From Squalus acanthias (Eukaryota), in assembly GCA_030390025.1 (NCBI GenBank), contig CM059438.1, forward strand, positions 59,832,001 to 59,896,000: 64,000 nucleotides of DNA, in the 5' to 3' direction. A model generated the notes under the pieces. That model was not told the origin of the DNA and ran no database searches. It worked only from the letters and a program-made list of their open reading frames with translations. How positions within the stretch are numbered: the first letter of the stretch is position 1; every line of letters begins with the position of its first letter. Shown one piece after another: positions 12,721 through 25,444 of the stretch. A program made the translations under genes and the position numbers.

Positions 12721-13149
12721 TAATGGGAGAGCTGAGAGAAAGAGAATTAAAATAAAACACCAATAATAACCTGCATGTAAAGGAGAAATTACTTAAGAGG
12801 CATAAAGAAAAACAAATAAACAGATAAATCAATGTTCATGAAGAAAAGCCGAATAGAACCCAGCAGATAAAAACTGAGTAAGAAAATAGGTAAAAGCTTC
12901 GCACACTGAACAGGGACACCCGCGGGTACACTTTCCTGCAGTCCTAGCAACCACCTTCAATTTAGACAGTTGCTCAATTATTTTTTTTGATTGTTCAGTC
13001 TCAGGATGTGGGCATCACTGGCAAGGCTGGCATTTTATTCCCTGTTCTAGTGCCACTGCCACTAAATTTGCAAGGACACCAATGTTTTGAATGCTGTGTT
13101 CTCATCTGTGTTTATTTTAGGATATCTGTTGACTCCTATTAAATAATCG

Positions 13150-13445
13150 CCATTGCACCTCCCAAACTCGCGAGCTCTACCGCCTAGAAGGACAAGGGCA
13201 GCAGGCGCATGGGAACACCACCACCTCCAAGTTCCCTCCAAGTCACACACCATCCTGACTTGGAAGTATATCGGCCGTTCCTTCATCGTCGCTGGGTCAA
13301 AATCTTAGAACTCCCTCCCTAACAGCACTGTACCTTCACCACACGGACTGCAGCGGTTGAAGAAGGCGGCTCACCACCACCTTCTCAAGGGCAATTAGGG
13401 ATGGCCTTGCCAACGACACCCACATCCCGTGAATGAATAAAAAAA
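13150..13445 (+). mobile_element. 3' end of the same non-LTR family as 12190-12720
   Basis: CTAGAAGGACAAGGGCAGCAGG..GGGAACACCACC..., ending GAATGAATAAAAAAAAA. Confidence 0.75.
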
Positions 13446-14130
13446 AACACTCAGTATAAGCAATACTATGAATCTTAAATTGTTGTAAAGTGTACATTGG
13501 GATAAGGGACAGTTCAGCCATGTGTGGAGGGTCTTCTGAGGGAGTGTCTACAGAATGAAATTTTCCATGAAAGAATTATTCCTTTTATCGCTGCTTATAC
13601 AGTTGGTTCTGGTGGCGTTGTGTTTCTGGACACTTCCCCTCTCGCCACCCCTAAAAATCTTGCTGCGATGTCAAAGTTCCATTGTCATCAGAAGTGCATC
13701 AGAATAGCTTTCTCAGCGCACATTACATGCTTTAAACAGTATAGCAGTTGCAGTTGACACGATTATGAAAACCAGCCTGTTCATTACTGCCTACAGGCTG
13801 CCAATCTATTCTATTTGCAGTCTCTAAATGTTAACAGGTGATTTGTACACGAATGTTGAGTCACTATCTAGATTTAATGCTTGTGGTGATTTTTGAGGGG
13901 GTGGGGGGGGGGCGGTTTGTCCAGGTTGGTGCTTTCCTGTTGGAATTGCGGCAAGATTTTGACAATAAAAGACTCGTCACTAATAGTAAGCTTTTAAGAA
14001 CTTGAGACAAAGTCTGGAATGAGCATTGGCTGGTTATCTCCTACATGTAGAGATGCCGGTGTTGGACTGGGGTGGACAAATGTGAGAAGTCGCACAACAC
14101 CAGGTTATAGTCCAACAGCTTTATCTGAAA

Positions 14131-14168
14131 TCACAAGCTTTCGGAGCGGCTGCTCCTTCGTCAGGTGA
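14131..14168 (-). ncRNA. Minimal hammerhead ribozyme motif, inverted copy
   Basis: Reverse complement reads TCAC-CTGACGA-A-GGAGC-AGCC-GCTCC-GAAA-GCTT-GTGA. Confidence 0.72.
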
Positions 14169-14340
14169 AGTGAAGAGATGCATATAGGCACAGCATATAT
14201 AGTCAGAGAACACTGCCAGATGACTACAGTTAATCTTTCTAACTGCCCTGGTATGATAAAGGGCAGTTAGAAAGATTAACTGTAGTCATCTGGCAGTGTT
14301 CTCTGACTATATATGCTGTGCCTATATGCATCTCTTCACT

Positions 14341-14377
14341 TCACCTGACGAAGGAGCAGCGCTCCGAAAGCTTGTGA
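14341..14377 (+). ncRNA. Minimal type I hammerhead ribozyme motif (Penelope-type)
   Basis: TCAC-CTGACGA-A-GGAGC-AGC-GCTCC-GAAA-GCTT-GTGA: core boxes, 5-bp stem II, palindromic AGCT stem III, 4-bp stem I. Confidence 0.75.
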
Positions 14378-16820
14378 TTTCAAATAAAGCTGTTGGACTA
14401 TAACCTGGTGTTGTGCGACTTCTCACATCTCTCCTACATGGAAGAGCAATTCTTATGTTCTTAAAATCATCATTCTGCTCATCTCTAAAGTTATTCATTC
14501 TCGGGATTCTGACAAAGCTGGCATTTATTGCCCATCCCCAGTTGCCTGCTGAGCCACTTCAGAGGGCAGTTAAGAGTCAAACCATATCAGTGTGGGACTG
14601 GAGTCACATATAGGCCAGATTGGGTAAGGATAACAGGTTTCCTTCCCTAAAGGACATTAGTGAATTTACAGCACAGAAACAGGCCATTCAGCTAAACTGC
14701 TGTGCACCACACGAGCCTCCTCTCACCCCTCTTCATCTAACACTATCAGCATATCCTTCTATTCCTTTCTCCCTCATGTTAGTTCCAGATTTTTTTGTTG
14801 AACTGAATTGCAAATTCTCAAACTGCCATGGTGGGATTTGAACTCGCATTCAATTGGATTACTGGTCTAGGCCTCTGGATCTCAAACACAACCACGACAC
14901 CACCGTACCCTGTACAATATGTCACTGTCCCTTATGGTAAGTGGACCAAAGTCACACACAATAGGACATAATTTCCACTCCCATGCATTGGTAACACAGG
15001 TAAGCAGCAGGCTGGGGAAGTGGAAAGTCAGAGGCCGAGGCCAAACAGCGGAGGTTTGCTGCTCAGTATCTTCTGAACGGGCAGCACAGGGGGAGCAGGA
15101 GGCTCTCGCTGCCTTATTAAAGCCTCAAAGACGAATCAGATTATGCAGGCACCTCCCTGCCCCATGACCTTTGGCCTAGCGTGCCTATTACGTGGTATTA
15201 TTGCCATGTGCCTGAATAAACAGTGGCACAGCAATGGCAGGGAAGGTGCACAGCCAGGAGATGCCACTTCCTGGTCTTCTTAACCTGTGCCTCCACTGGT
15301 TTGCTGAGCGTTTTCTTTGCATTTCAGTTTCATTTACCCATTTTATCTCCTTTGCCTGTCTGGTCTGGTTGGATGGGCAATCCATTTTTTTTAAATTCCT
15401 ATTGCCCTCTGGGAGCTGGAGGACAAGGAGGATTTCCAGAGGATTCATCAGAGGGATGTCTGATGTCTGCCTATACCTGAGGCAGGTGGCACCATCACCC
15501 AGGTGATGGTCCCACCAGATCCCACCAGAGCTCCTGAGGTATATCACAGCTGATACGAGCCTAGTAACATAGATAGAAAAGAAGGTCCATTGAGTCTGTC
15601 CATCCTGGCATGGCGTGGCGTCTACGCAACATCATCCCCATCCTCCCACCCCACCACACAGTCAGGCAATCACCTGGATGAGGCAAGAAAAAAACCTTCG
15701 GCCAATTTTGGAAAATAACTGTGAAATGGCATCTTGATTTAGTTACACAATTTTAGTTTGACTGGGCCATTTGTTTTTAGTGCTGTCCTCTCCCTGTTTA
15801 TTTTGTCTGGTGTCATTTTACAAACCCCAATGTCACTCTACTGATCCCATTCAAAAATAGTCCCAGTTCAGTTGAGCTTGTATTTAGTGGCCAGAGTGCC
15901 TCGTCACAATGGCTCCCTTGACCTGAAGGCCTATAATAGGTGCCAAAGATCAATTTTAGGCCAATAACTTGACCAATCAGAAGCTTCAGCCGGCCCTTGT
16001 AAAACAATCTCTCTCTCTAACACAATTAGGTTCGAGTTAACAAATACTTCCTCCTACTCTGTCATTTCTTTGATAAAAGAAAAAGTCGGAATCTGGGGTA
16101 CATCTGCTTCTTGGATCTCTATTATTCTTATTAATCCATCCCGTTCTCTTATTTGTTTGATGCTTTTAAAATTAGTTGATTTCCCATGGCTTTGCACATC
16201 AGGAATCAAGTGGGTTTAGAAGGGAATAATTGATGGAGGAAGAGGGAGGAAGCAAGGGAAGAAGGAGGTGGAGGCTACAGGAGTTGGTGGGTAGTTTAAA
16301 AGGGATGAAATCAGAAACAGGGTCATTTTAATATTTCCTTTCCCTCCCCTCCCCTCCACTCACCTCCCTGTCTATTCTTCCCTTCTCCTGTCCGCTCATC
16401 TCCTCAGCACATAAGAGGATAAGAACATAAGAAATAGGAGCAGCAGTAGGCCATACGGCCCTTCGAGCCTGCTCCGCCATTCAATAAGATCGTGGCTGAA
16501 CTTTCTGTCCTCCTCTTCCCTGCCCCAATAAATCCCTTACATTCTTTTAATTGTAATTCAGCTCCATCATTTGTGTCTAACCATGTCTCAGAAATATCGA
16601 TATAATCTAAGCTCCCCATAACTTTTTTTAAATTCATGCTCGGGCTGTGGGCTTCACTGGCAAGGCCAGCATTTATTGCCCATCCCTAATTGCCCTTGAG
16701 AAGGTGGTGCTGAGCCGCCTTCCTGAACCGTTGAAGTCCGTCATAGAGTCATAGTTATACAGCACAGAAAGAGGCCCTTCGGCCCATCATGTCCGCACCG
16801 GCCATCAAGCCCTGTCTATT

Positions 16821-19619
16821 CTAATCCCATTTTCCAGCACTTGGTCCGTAGCCTTGTATGCTATGGCGTTTCAAGTGCTCATCTAAATTCTTCTTGAATG
16901 TTGTGAGGGTTCCTGCCTCTGCCACCCTTTCAGGCAGTGAGTTCCAGATTCCAACCACCCTCTGGGTGAAAAAGTTTTTCCTCAAATCACCTCTAAACCT
17001 CCTTCCCCTTACCTTGAAACTATGCCCCCTGGTGATTGACCCCTCTACCAAGGGGAAAAGTTCCTTTCTATCTACCCTATCTATGCCCCTCATAAATTTG
17101 TACAGGTCCCCCCTCAGCCTTCTCTGTTCTAAGGCAAACAACCCCAGCCTGTCCAGTCTCTCTTCATAGCTGAAGCGCTCCAGCCCAGTTAACATCCTGG
17201 TGAATCTCCTCTGCACCCTCTCCAATGCAATCACATCCTTCCTATAGTGTGGCGACCAGAACTGCACACAGTATTCCAGCTGTGGCCTAACTAGCGTTTT
17301 GTACAGCTCCATCATAACCTCCATGCTCTTATATTCTATGCCTCGGCTAATGAAGGCAAGTATCCCATATGCCTTCTTAACCACCTTATCTACCTGTCCT
17401 GCTGCCTTCAGGGATCTATGTACATGCACACCAAGGTCCCTCTGATCCTCTGTCCTTCCTAGGGTCCTACCATTCATTGTGTATTCCCTTGCCTTGTTAG
17501 TCCTCCCAAAATGCATCACCTCACACTTTTCAGGGTTAAATTCCATTTGCCACTGTTCTGCCCATCTGACCAACCCGTCTATATCATCCTGTAGCCTGAG
17601 GCTACCCTCCTCGCTATTTACCACTCCACCAATTTTCGTGTCATCTGCGAACTTACTGATCATACCTCCTACATTCATATCTAAATCATTAATGTACACT
17701 ACAAACAGCAAAGGACCCAGCACTGATCCCTGCGGTACACCACTGGACACAGGCTTCCAGTCACAAAAACAACCTTCGACCACCACCCTCTGCCTCCTGC
17801 CACTAAGCCAATTTTGGATCCAATGTGCCAAATTGCCCTGGATCCCATGGGCTCTTACCTTCTTGACCAGTCTCCCATGCGGGACTTTGTCAAAAGCCTT
17901 ACTGAAGTCCATGTAGAATACATCAACTGCACTACCCTCATCCACACACCTAGTCACCCCCTCGAAAAATTCAATCAAATTGGTTAGACATGATCTCCCC
18001 CTGACAAAGCCATGCTGACTATCCTTGATTAATCCTTGCCTCTCCAAGTGGAGACTAATTCTGTCAGAATTTTTTCCAATAATTTCCCTACCACTGATGT
18101 TAGGCTCACTGGCCTGTAATTCCCTGGTTTATCCCTACTACTCTTCTTGAATAATGGTACTATGTTAGCTGTCCTCCAGTCCTCTGGCACCTCCCCTGTG
18201 GCCAGAGAGGTTCTGAAAATTTGTGTCAGAGCCCCTGCAACTCCTCCCTTGCCTCACACAGCAGCCTGGGATACATCTCGTCTGGGCCTGGGGATTTATC
18301 CACTTTTAAGCCCACTAAAACCGCTAGTACCTCCTCCCTCTCAATACTAATTTGTTCAAGTATACCACAATCCCCCTGCCTGATTTCTATGCCGACATCG
18401 TCCTTCTCCATAGTGAACACAGATGCAAAATATTCATTTAAAACCTTACCCACATCTTCCGGCTCTACATACAGATTGCCACTTTGGTCCCTAATGGGCC
18501 CTACTCTTTCCCTGGTTATCCTCTTGCCCTTAATATACTTATAAAACACCTTGGGATTTTCCTTTATTTTGCCCGCCAGTGTTTTTTCATGCCCCCTCTT
18601 CGCTCTCCTAATTTCTTTTTGAAGTAACACCTGCACTTTCTATACTCCTCTAGGGCTTCCACTGTTTTTAGTCCTTTGTATCTGCCAAAAGCCTCCCTTT
18701 TTTTCCTAATCCATTCTCGTATATCCCTTGACATCCAGGGTTCCCTGGGCTTGTTGGTCCCACCCTTGACCTTTATGGGAACATGTTGCCGTTGTACTCT
18801 CTCTATTTCCTTTCTGAAAGACTCCCACTGCTCTGATGTGGATTTTCCTACAAGTAGCTGATCCCAGTCCACTTTGGCCAGATCCTGCCTTATCATATTA
18901 AAAGCGGCCTTCCCCCAATTTAGAACCTTTATTTCCGGTCCATCTTTGTCCTTTTCCATGACTACCTTAAATCTCACCGAATTATGGTCACTGTCACCAA
19001 AATGCTCTCCTACTGACACTTCTACCACTTGCCCGGCTACATTCCTTAGAATTAGGTCCAGTACCGCCCCCTCTCTTGTAGGACTTTCTACATGCTGGCT
19101 CAAAAAGCTCTCCTGGATGCACTTTAAGAATTCTGCATCCTCTAAGCCTTTCACACTCTGACTATCCCAGTTAATATTGGGGAAGTTGAAATCCCCTACT
19201 ATTATTACCCTATTATTTCTACACTTCTCTGAGATTTGCCTACATATCTGTTCCTCTATCTCCCCCTGACTGTTTGGGGGCCTATAGTACACTCCCAGCA
19301 AAGTGCTTGCCCCCTTTTTGTTTTTAAATTCTACCCATATGGCCTCATTAGAGGAACCTGCTAAGATATCATCCCTCCTTACAGCAGTAATTGACTCCTT
19401 GATTAATATTGCGACACCCCCTCCTCTTTTACACCCCCTTCTGTCTCGCCTGAAGATTCTATACCCCGGAATATTGAGCTGCCAGTCCTGCCCCTCCCTC
19501 AACCATGTCTCTGTGATAGCAATAATATCATACTCCCATGTGTTCATCAACACCTTCAATTCATCTGCCTTACTCGCAAGACTCCTTGCATTAAAATAAA
19601 TGCAATCCAGCCTTGCCAT
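16821..19619 (-). pseudogene. CR1 ORF2 (APE endonuclease + reverse transcriptase), at least two frameshifts
   Basis: Split over ORFs 18564-19619 (NARSL, ITETW, GDFN, SDHN), 18226-18636 and 16821-18047 ([25 protein letters not shown]). Confidence 0.92.
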
Positions 19620-19675
19620 ACTCCCTTGTGCCGTTACATATTTGCTCTGCCTTCCAGGCTGACTTGTTTTTTCCT

Positions 19676-20692
19676 CTATATTTGTGCATCACCCCCTACT
19701 ATAGCTCCACTCCATATCCCATCCCCCTGCCAAGTTAGTTTAAACCCCCCCCCCCCCCCAACAGTACTAGCAAACCTCCCCGCAAGGATGTTGGTCCCGT
19801 TCCGGTTCAGGTGCAACCCGTCCGACTTGTACAGGTCCCACCTTCCCCAGAAGCAGACCCAGTGATCCAGGAAACTAAAGCCCTCCCTCCTGCACCAACT
19901 CTTTAGCCACGCATTCATCTGCTCTATCCTCCTATTCCTATACTCACTAGCACGTGGCACCGGGAGTAATCCAGAGATTACAACCTTTGAGGTCCTGCTT
20001 TTTAATCTGCTACCTAGCTCCCTAAATTCTTGTTGCAGGACCTCATCCCTCTTTCTACCTATGTCGTTGGTACCAGTGTGAACCACGACCTCTAACTGTT
20101 CGCCCTCCCCCTTCAGAATGCCCTGCAGCTGTTCAGTGACATCCTTGACCCTGGCACCAGGGAGGCAACATACCATCCTGGAGTCACGTCTGCGGCCACA
20201 GAAACGTCTATCTGTTCCCCTTAAGATAGAATCCCCTATCACTATTGCTCTCCCACTCTTTTTCCTCCCCTCCTGTGCAGCTGAGCCACTCGTAGTGCCA
20301 CGGACTTGGCTCTTGCTGCATTCCCCTGAGAAACCATCTCCCCCAGGAGTATCCAAAACGGAAAATCTGTTGGAGAGGGAGATGGACCAAGGGGACGCCT
20401 GCACTACCTTCCTAGTTCTTTTACTCTGTCTGGCGGTCACCCATTCCCTGTCTGCCTGTGCACTCTTTACCTGCGGTGTGACCACCTCGTTAAACGTGCT
20501 ATCCACGAAGATCTCAGCTTCGCGGATGCTCCACAGTGACTCCAGCCGCAGCTCCAGCTCCGAAACGCGGATTTCGAGTAGCTGCAGCTGGAGACACTTC
20601 CTGCACATGTGTTCGCCCTGGACACCGAAAGTGTCCCTGACTTCCCACATAGCACAGGAGGAGCACTCCACGCTGCCGAGCTGCCCTACCAT
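19676..20692 (-). CDS. CR1 ORF1p: N-terminal Cys motif/coiled coil plus SGNH-GDSL esterase domain
   Basis: 338 aa open; CSSC..CRKC, VIGDSILR, CLPGA, HTGTND, DGLHLN motifs. Confidence 0.88.
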   Translation of the reverse strand: MVGQLGSVECSSCAMWEVRDTFGVQGEHMCRKCLQLQLLEIRVSELELRLESLWSIREAEIFVDSTFNEVVTPQVKSAQADREWVTARQSKRTRKVVQASPWSISLSNRFSVLDTPGGDGFSGECSKSQVRGTTSGSAAQEGRKKSGRAIVIGDSILRGTDRRFCGRRRDSRMVCCLPGARVKDVTEQLQGILKGEGEQLEVVVHTGTNDIGRKRDEVLQQEFRELGSRLKSRTSKVVISGLLPVPRASEYRNRRIEQMNAWLKSWCRREGFSFLDHWVCFWGRWDLYKSDGLHLNRNGTNILAGRFASTVGGGGGFKLTWQGDGIWSGAIVGGDAQI

Positions 20693-21429
20693 GTCCTACC
20701 CTTAATTTACTCCCTTTACTTCCTTTAAATTAAAGAACATTAAATACACTAGGGACCTTACTTCCCTTTAAACACTACTTACTCTAAACTAGAGACCTTA
20801 CTTTTACTTCAACGACTGGACTGTAGAAATACTCACCAGGTCCTACTTACCAATCAGCTCCTTCCCTGGTTGTGACGTCACTTTAGCGGTTTCGCAGTTG
20901 TTGTTGTTTGACTGCTCCCGCTCTCGGACTCTTTCCCAACTCGCAGCACTCCGGTGTCGGGCCTCCTCTGCAGCGCTCTTTTATGGCCGCTTCGCCTTCC
21001 CTCAGGTCCCGCTGCCGCTCCCACACAGGTCCGCCTCCGTGTGGTGAAGGCACTCCCACAGTGCTGTTAGGGAGGGAGTTCCAGGATTTTGACCCAGTGA
21101 CGATGAAGGATCGGCGATATGCTTCCAAGTCAGGATGGTGTGTGACTTGGAGGGGAACTTGCAAGTGGTGGTGTTCCCATGCGCCTGCTGCCCTTGTCCT
21201 TCTAGGTGGTAGAGGCCACGGGTTTGGGAGGTGCTGTCGAAGAAATAGAAGACAGTCGTTCCAACATCTTATTTCAAATACTTCTGTCACTTATATAAAT
21301 GCATTTTGAGGCCCTATTATCTTGCTGCTTTTGGATCACCAAATTGCAATCCTTGTATTTACTTCTAGCTGAGATAGTATTGATCAGAGCTGTGCCCTGG
21401 TTTCTTACCCCAAACGAGCTACACTTGGA

Positions 21430-23470
21430 GTTAGGAAAGCAAAGAGAGGGCATGAAAAAATATTGGCAAGTAAAGTCAATGAAAACCCAAAGATGTTTTA
21501 TAAATATATAAAGAGCAAGAGGATAACTAAAGAAAGAGTAGGGCCTGTTCGAAACCAAAAAGGTAACCTTGTGTGTGGAGGCGGAAGACGTGGGTATGGT
21601 TTTTAATGAATACTTTTCGTCTGTCTTCACAAAAGAGAGGGACGATGCAGACATTGTAGTTAAGGAGGAGGAGTGTGGAATATTAGATGAGATAAACATA
21701 GTGAGAGTGGAGATATTAAGGGGTTTAGCATCTTTGAAAGTAGATAAATTGTCAAGCCCAGATGAAATGTATCCCAGGATGTTAAGAGAAGCAAGGGAGG
21801 AAATAGCTGAGTCTCTGACCATCATTTTCCAATCCTCTCTGGCTACAGGTGTGGTGCCGGAGGACTGGAGGACTGCTAACGTTGTACCATTGTTTAAGAA
21901 GGGAGAAAGAGATAGACTGATTAATTACAGGTCAGTCTACCTAACCTCGGTTGTGGGCAAGTTATTGGAAAAAATTCCAAGGGACCATATTAATCATCAT
22001 TTAGAAAGGTACGGATTAATCAAGGACAGTCAGCATGGATTTGTTAAGGGAAGGTCGTGTCTGTCTAACTTGATTGAATTTTTTGAGGAGGTAACAAGGA
22101 GGGTTGACGAAGGTAGCGGGTTTGATGTAGTCAACATGGATTTTAGCAAGGCTTTTGACAAGATCCCACATGGCAGACTGGTCAGAAAAGTGACAAGTTG
22201 GATCCAAAATTGGCTCAGTGGCAGGAAGCAAAGACTAATGGTCGACAGCAATGTTGCCTGTAAGCTGTGCTTTGTTCTGCATGGCCTATTTCTTTTACTG
22301 TGCGGTCCCTTTAAATTTCTGCGCATGCCCGGTACTTACAATGGAAAAGCCAGTGCGCGGCCTGCGCGGGACCTTTCCCATTACTGCGCGGCCGGGGAGC
22401 TTAAAGGGAACATTGGTTGACAGGTGTTTTTGTGACTGGAAGGCTATTTTCAGTGAAGTTCCACAGGGCTCAGTACTAGGTCCCTTGCTTTTTGTGGCCT
22501 ATATCAATGATTTAGACTTCAATGTAGGGGGCATGATTAAGAAGTTTGCAATTGATACAAAAACTGGCCGTGTGATTCATAGTGAGGAAGAAAGCTGTAG
22601 ACTGCAGGAAGATATCAATGGGCTGGTAATATGGGCAGAACAGTGGCAAATGGAATTCAATCCGGAGAAGTGTGAGGTAATGCATTTGGGGAGGGCTATC
22701 AAGGCAAGGGAATACACAATAAATGGCAGCATACTGAGAAATGTAGAGGAACAAAGGGACCTTGGAGTGCATGTCCACAGATCCCTGAAGGTAGCAGGAC
22801 AGGTAGATAAGGTGGTTAAGAAGGCATACGGGATACTTGCCTTTATTAGCCGAGGCATAGAATATAAGAGCAGAGAGGTTATGCTAGAACTTTATAAAAC
22901 ACTAGTTAGGCAGCAGCTAGAAAACTGCATACAGTTCTGGTCACCACATTACAGGAAAGATGTGATTGCACTAGATAGGATACAAAGGAGATTTATGAAG
23001 ATATTGCCAGGACTGGAGAATTTTAGCTATGAGGAAAGATTGGATAGGCTGGGGTTGTTTTCTTTGGAACAGAGGAGGCTGAAGGGAGACTTGATTAAGG
23101 TGTATAAAATATGAGGGACCTAGATAGAGTGGATAGGAAGAACCTATTTCCGTTAGCAGAGGGGTCAATAACCAGGGGGCATAGATTTTAAAGTAACTGG
23201 TAGAAGGATTAGAGGGGAGTTGAGGAGAATTTTTTTCACCGAGAGGATGGTGGGGGTCTGGAGACTCACTGCCTGAAAGGGTGGTAGAGGCAGAAACCCT
23301 CATCGCATTTAAAATGTATTTGGATATACACTTGAAGTGCCGTAACCTACAAGGCTACGGATCAAGAGCTGGAAAGTGGGATTAGGCTGGATAGCTCTTT
23401 CGGCCGGCACAGACACGATGGGCCAAATGGCCTCCTGCTATGCTGTAAACTTCTCTGATTCTATGATTCT
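21430..23470 (+). mobile_element. 5'-truncated CR1 LINE (RT region to tail)
   Basis: ORFs 21569-22420 and 22251-23114 with RT motifs; tail TTCTATGATTCT at ~23455-23470. Confidence 0.92.
22249..22415. mobile_element. hAT-like MITE, copy 2, inside the CR1 RT
   Basis: CAATGTTGCCT...AGGGAACATTG termini; 8-bp TSD GTCGACAG/GTTGACAG. Confidence 0.82.
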
Positions 23471-23494
23471 CCTGTAAAGGAACAGACTTTCTAT

Positions 23495-23995
23495 CCAATA
23501 CTCTCCTGGCCGGCCTCCCTAAACTTCAGCTCATCCAAAACTCTTATGCCAGTATCGCAACTTTCACCAAGTCCCGTTCACCCATCACCCCTATGCTCGC
23601 TGAGCTACATTGGTTCTACTTCCAGAAACGCCTCAGATTTAAAATTCTCATCCTCATACTCAAATCCCTCCATGGCCTCGCCCCTCTCTACCTCTGTAAC
23701 CTCCTGCAGCCCTACAACCCTCTGAGATCTCACCGCTCCTCCAATTCTGGCGTCTTATGCATCCCCGATTTCCATCGCTCCACCATTAGCTTCAGCTGCC
23801 GAGGCCCGAAGCTCTGGAATTCACTCCCTAAACCTCTTTACCTCTCTCTCCTTGCTTAAGATGCTCCTTAAAATCACCTGTCCTAACATCTCCTTATGTG
23901 GCTCGGTGTCTGATAACGCTCCTGTGAAGCGCCTTGGGATGTTTTCCTACGTTAAAGGCGCTATATAAATGCAAGATGTTGTTGTTGATGTTGTT
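23495..23995 (+). mobile_element. L2 LINE 3' fragment
   Basis: ORF 23593-23859 (LHW..FKILIL..KSLHGLAP..PKLWNSLP); (GTT)n tail. Confidence 0.85.
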
Positions 23996-24409
23996 ACTCC
24001 CTACCACAGTTCCGTGACACTCTCCTTTCATCAGCTTGTCCATTGTGACATGTGGATCCACGGATTTTGACCGTGCCATGTGGACATGACCCTGGAAAAC
24101 ATGTAACTGCTCTTGAAAATGCCTGACCATGAACCAGCATGCTCTCCTTGGGCTACAAGACGAGGAGGACACTCTGACTTACCTCCTTCTTGCTTGTCCT
24201 TGACATTTTCTTTGCTGTCTTCCCTTTAACCCTTTCCCTCTCCGTGGCTGGTTGGATGTGACTGCTAGGGGTCGCCGCTGTGTTAGACGTTTGAGAGTCT
24301 TCCGGGTCTCTGAGCACAGAGAATCTATTGACTGAAGCAAAGGTCAAATCAAATGCACACAATGATCCAGATACTTCAGCAGAGAAATACTTCCGAGAAA
24401 TTAGATAAT

Positions 24410-24760
24410 TAGAATTATAACAGGAATTTATTATAATGGGAGCTTAAGTTTAAGGATTTAATTATAACAGAAGGTTATTGTGACGGAAGTTTATTATATC
24501 AGAAGCTGAAGGGGTGTTTCTTGTAGTAGGTTTATTATGGGAATAGTTTAACTATAATAACAATATTTACATATAACAGGAGTTTATTCTAACAGTATTT
24601 TATTGTGACACAGGTTTATTATAACAGAAATTTATTGTGACAGGAGTTTATTGTAACTCGAGCGTATTCTGACAGGAGTTTAGTATCACAGGAATTCACT
24701 TATAACTAATTTATTATAATGGGAGTTTATGAGAAGAGTTTATTATAAGTAGTTTACTCA
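24410..24760. repeat. Degenerate ~16-bp AT-rich minisatellite (TTTATTATAACAGGAG-like) upstream of exon B2
   Basis: Repeated TTTATT(A/G)T(A/G)ACAG; a short homologous patch precedes exon B1 at 6716-6790. Confidence 0.75.
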
Positions 24761-24835
24761 CAGTGATATCTGATCGGCATTCCTCCTGTCTCAGACTCTG
24801 CTCTATTTACACTCTCAATCTTTCAATGTTTACAG

Positions 24836-24913
24836 GACAGGAAGCCGTTGATTCCTGGTACAATGAAATTAAAGATTATGACTTCTCCTCTCCCGGATTT
24901 CAGAAGAATTGTG
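24836..24913 (+). CDS. CAP domain 2 exon B (78 nt)
   Basis: tttacag| ... |gtaagt; GQEAVDSWYNEIKDYDFSSPGFQKNCG; 5 nt differences from exon B1. Confidence 0.93.
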
Positions 24914-25444
24914 GTAAGTTTTTGATTGACCCAGTTGTACGTAATGATGACATAGAATTACACAGAATATCCAGCACAGAAACAGGCCATTCAGCCCAAC
25001 TAGCCTGTGCTGGTGTTTATACTCCACACCAGTCTCCTCCCATTTCATCTACCTCATCTCAGCCTTTCAGCATATCTTTCTATTCCCTTTTCAGAACATA
25101 TAAGAACATAAGAATTAGGAGCAGGAGTAGGCCGTACAGCCCCTTGACCCTGCTCCGCCATTCCATAAGATCATGGCTGATCTTCGACCTCAAGTCCACT
25201 TTCCCACCCAATCCCGAGTAGATTGGGCCTATACTCTCTGGAATCTAGAAAAATGAGAGGTGATCTCATTGAAACATATAAGATTCTGAGGGGGATTGAC
25301 AGGGTAGATGCTGAGAGGCTGTTTCCCCTGGCTGGAGAGTCTAGAACTAGAGGGCATAGTCTCAGGATAAGGGGCCGGCCTAGTGGGATTGGGACATTCT
25401 CAGTGTAGAAGAGCCAGGAAGGGAACCAGACAGGTGTGGACGCG

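Larger units (their letters stand above)
14048..14429. mobile_element. Penelope-like palindromic insertion: ~170-bp inverted repeat with 10-nt loop
   Basis: Arms 14080-14249 and 14260-14428 differ by one mismatch and one indel; flanked by 11-bp direct repeat TCTCCTACATG (14037-47, 14430-40). Confidence 0.85.
16742..21035 (-). mobile_element. Near full-length CR1 LINE (~4.3 kb) nested in another retroelement
   Basis: 5' UTR, ORF1, frameshifted ORF2 and (TCTATGA)-like tail; TCCGT duplicated at 16737-41 and 21036-40; the host element reads through across the insertion. Confidence 0.93.

Noticed and set aside
15188..15547. 119-aa minus-strand ORF as a partner for the antisense exon
   Set aside because: No recognisable domain and no convincing splice-site pair.
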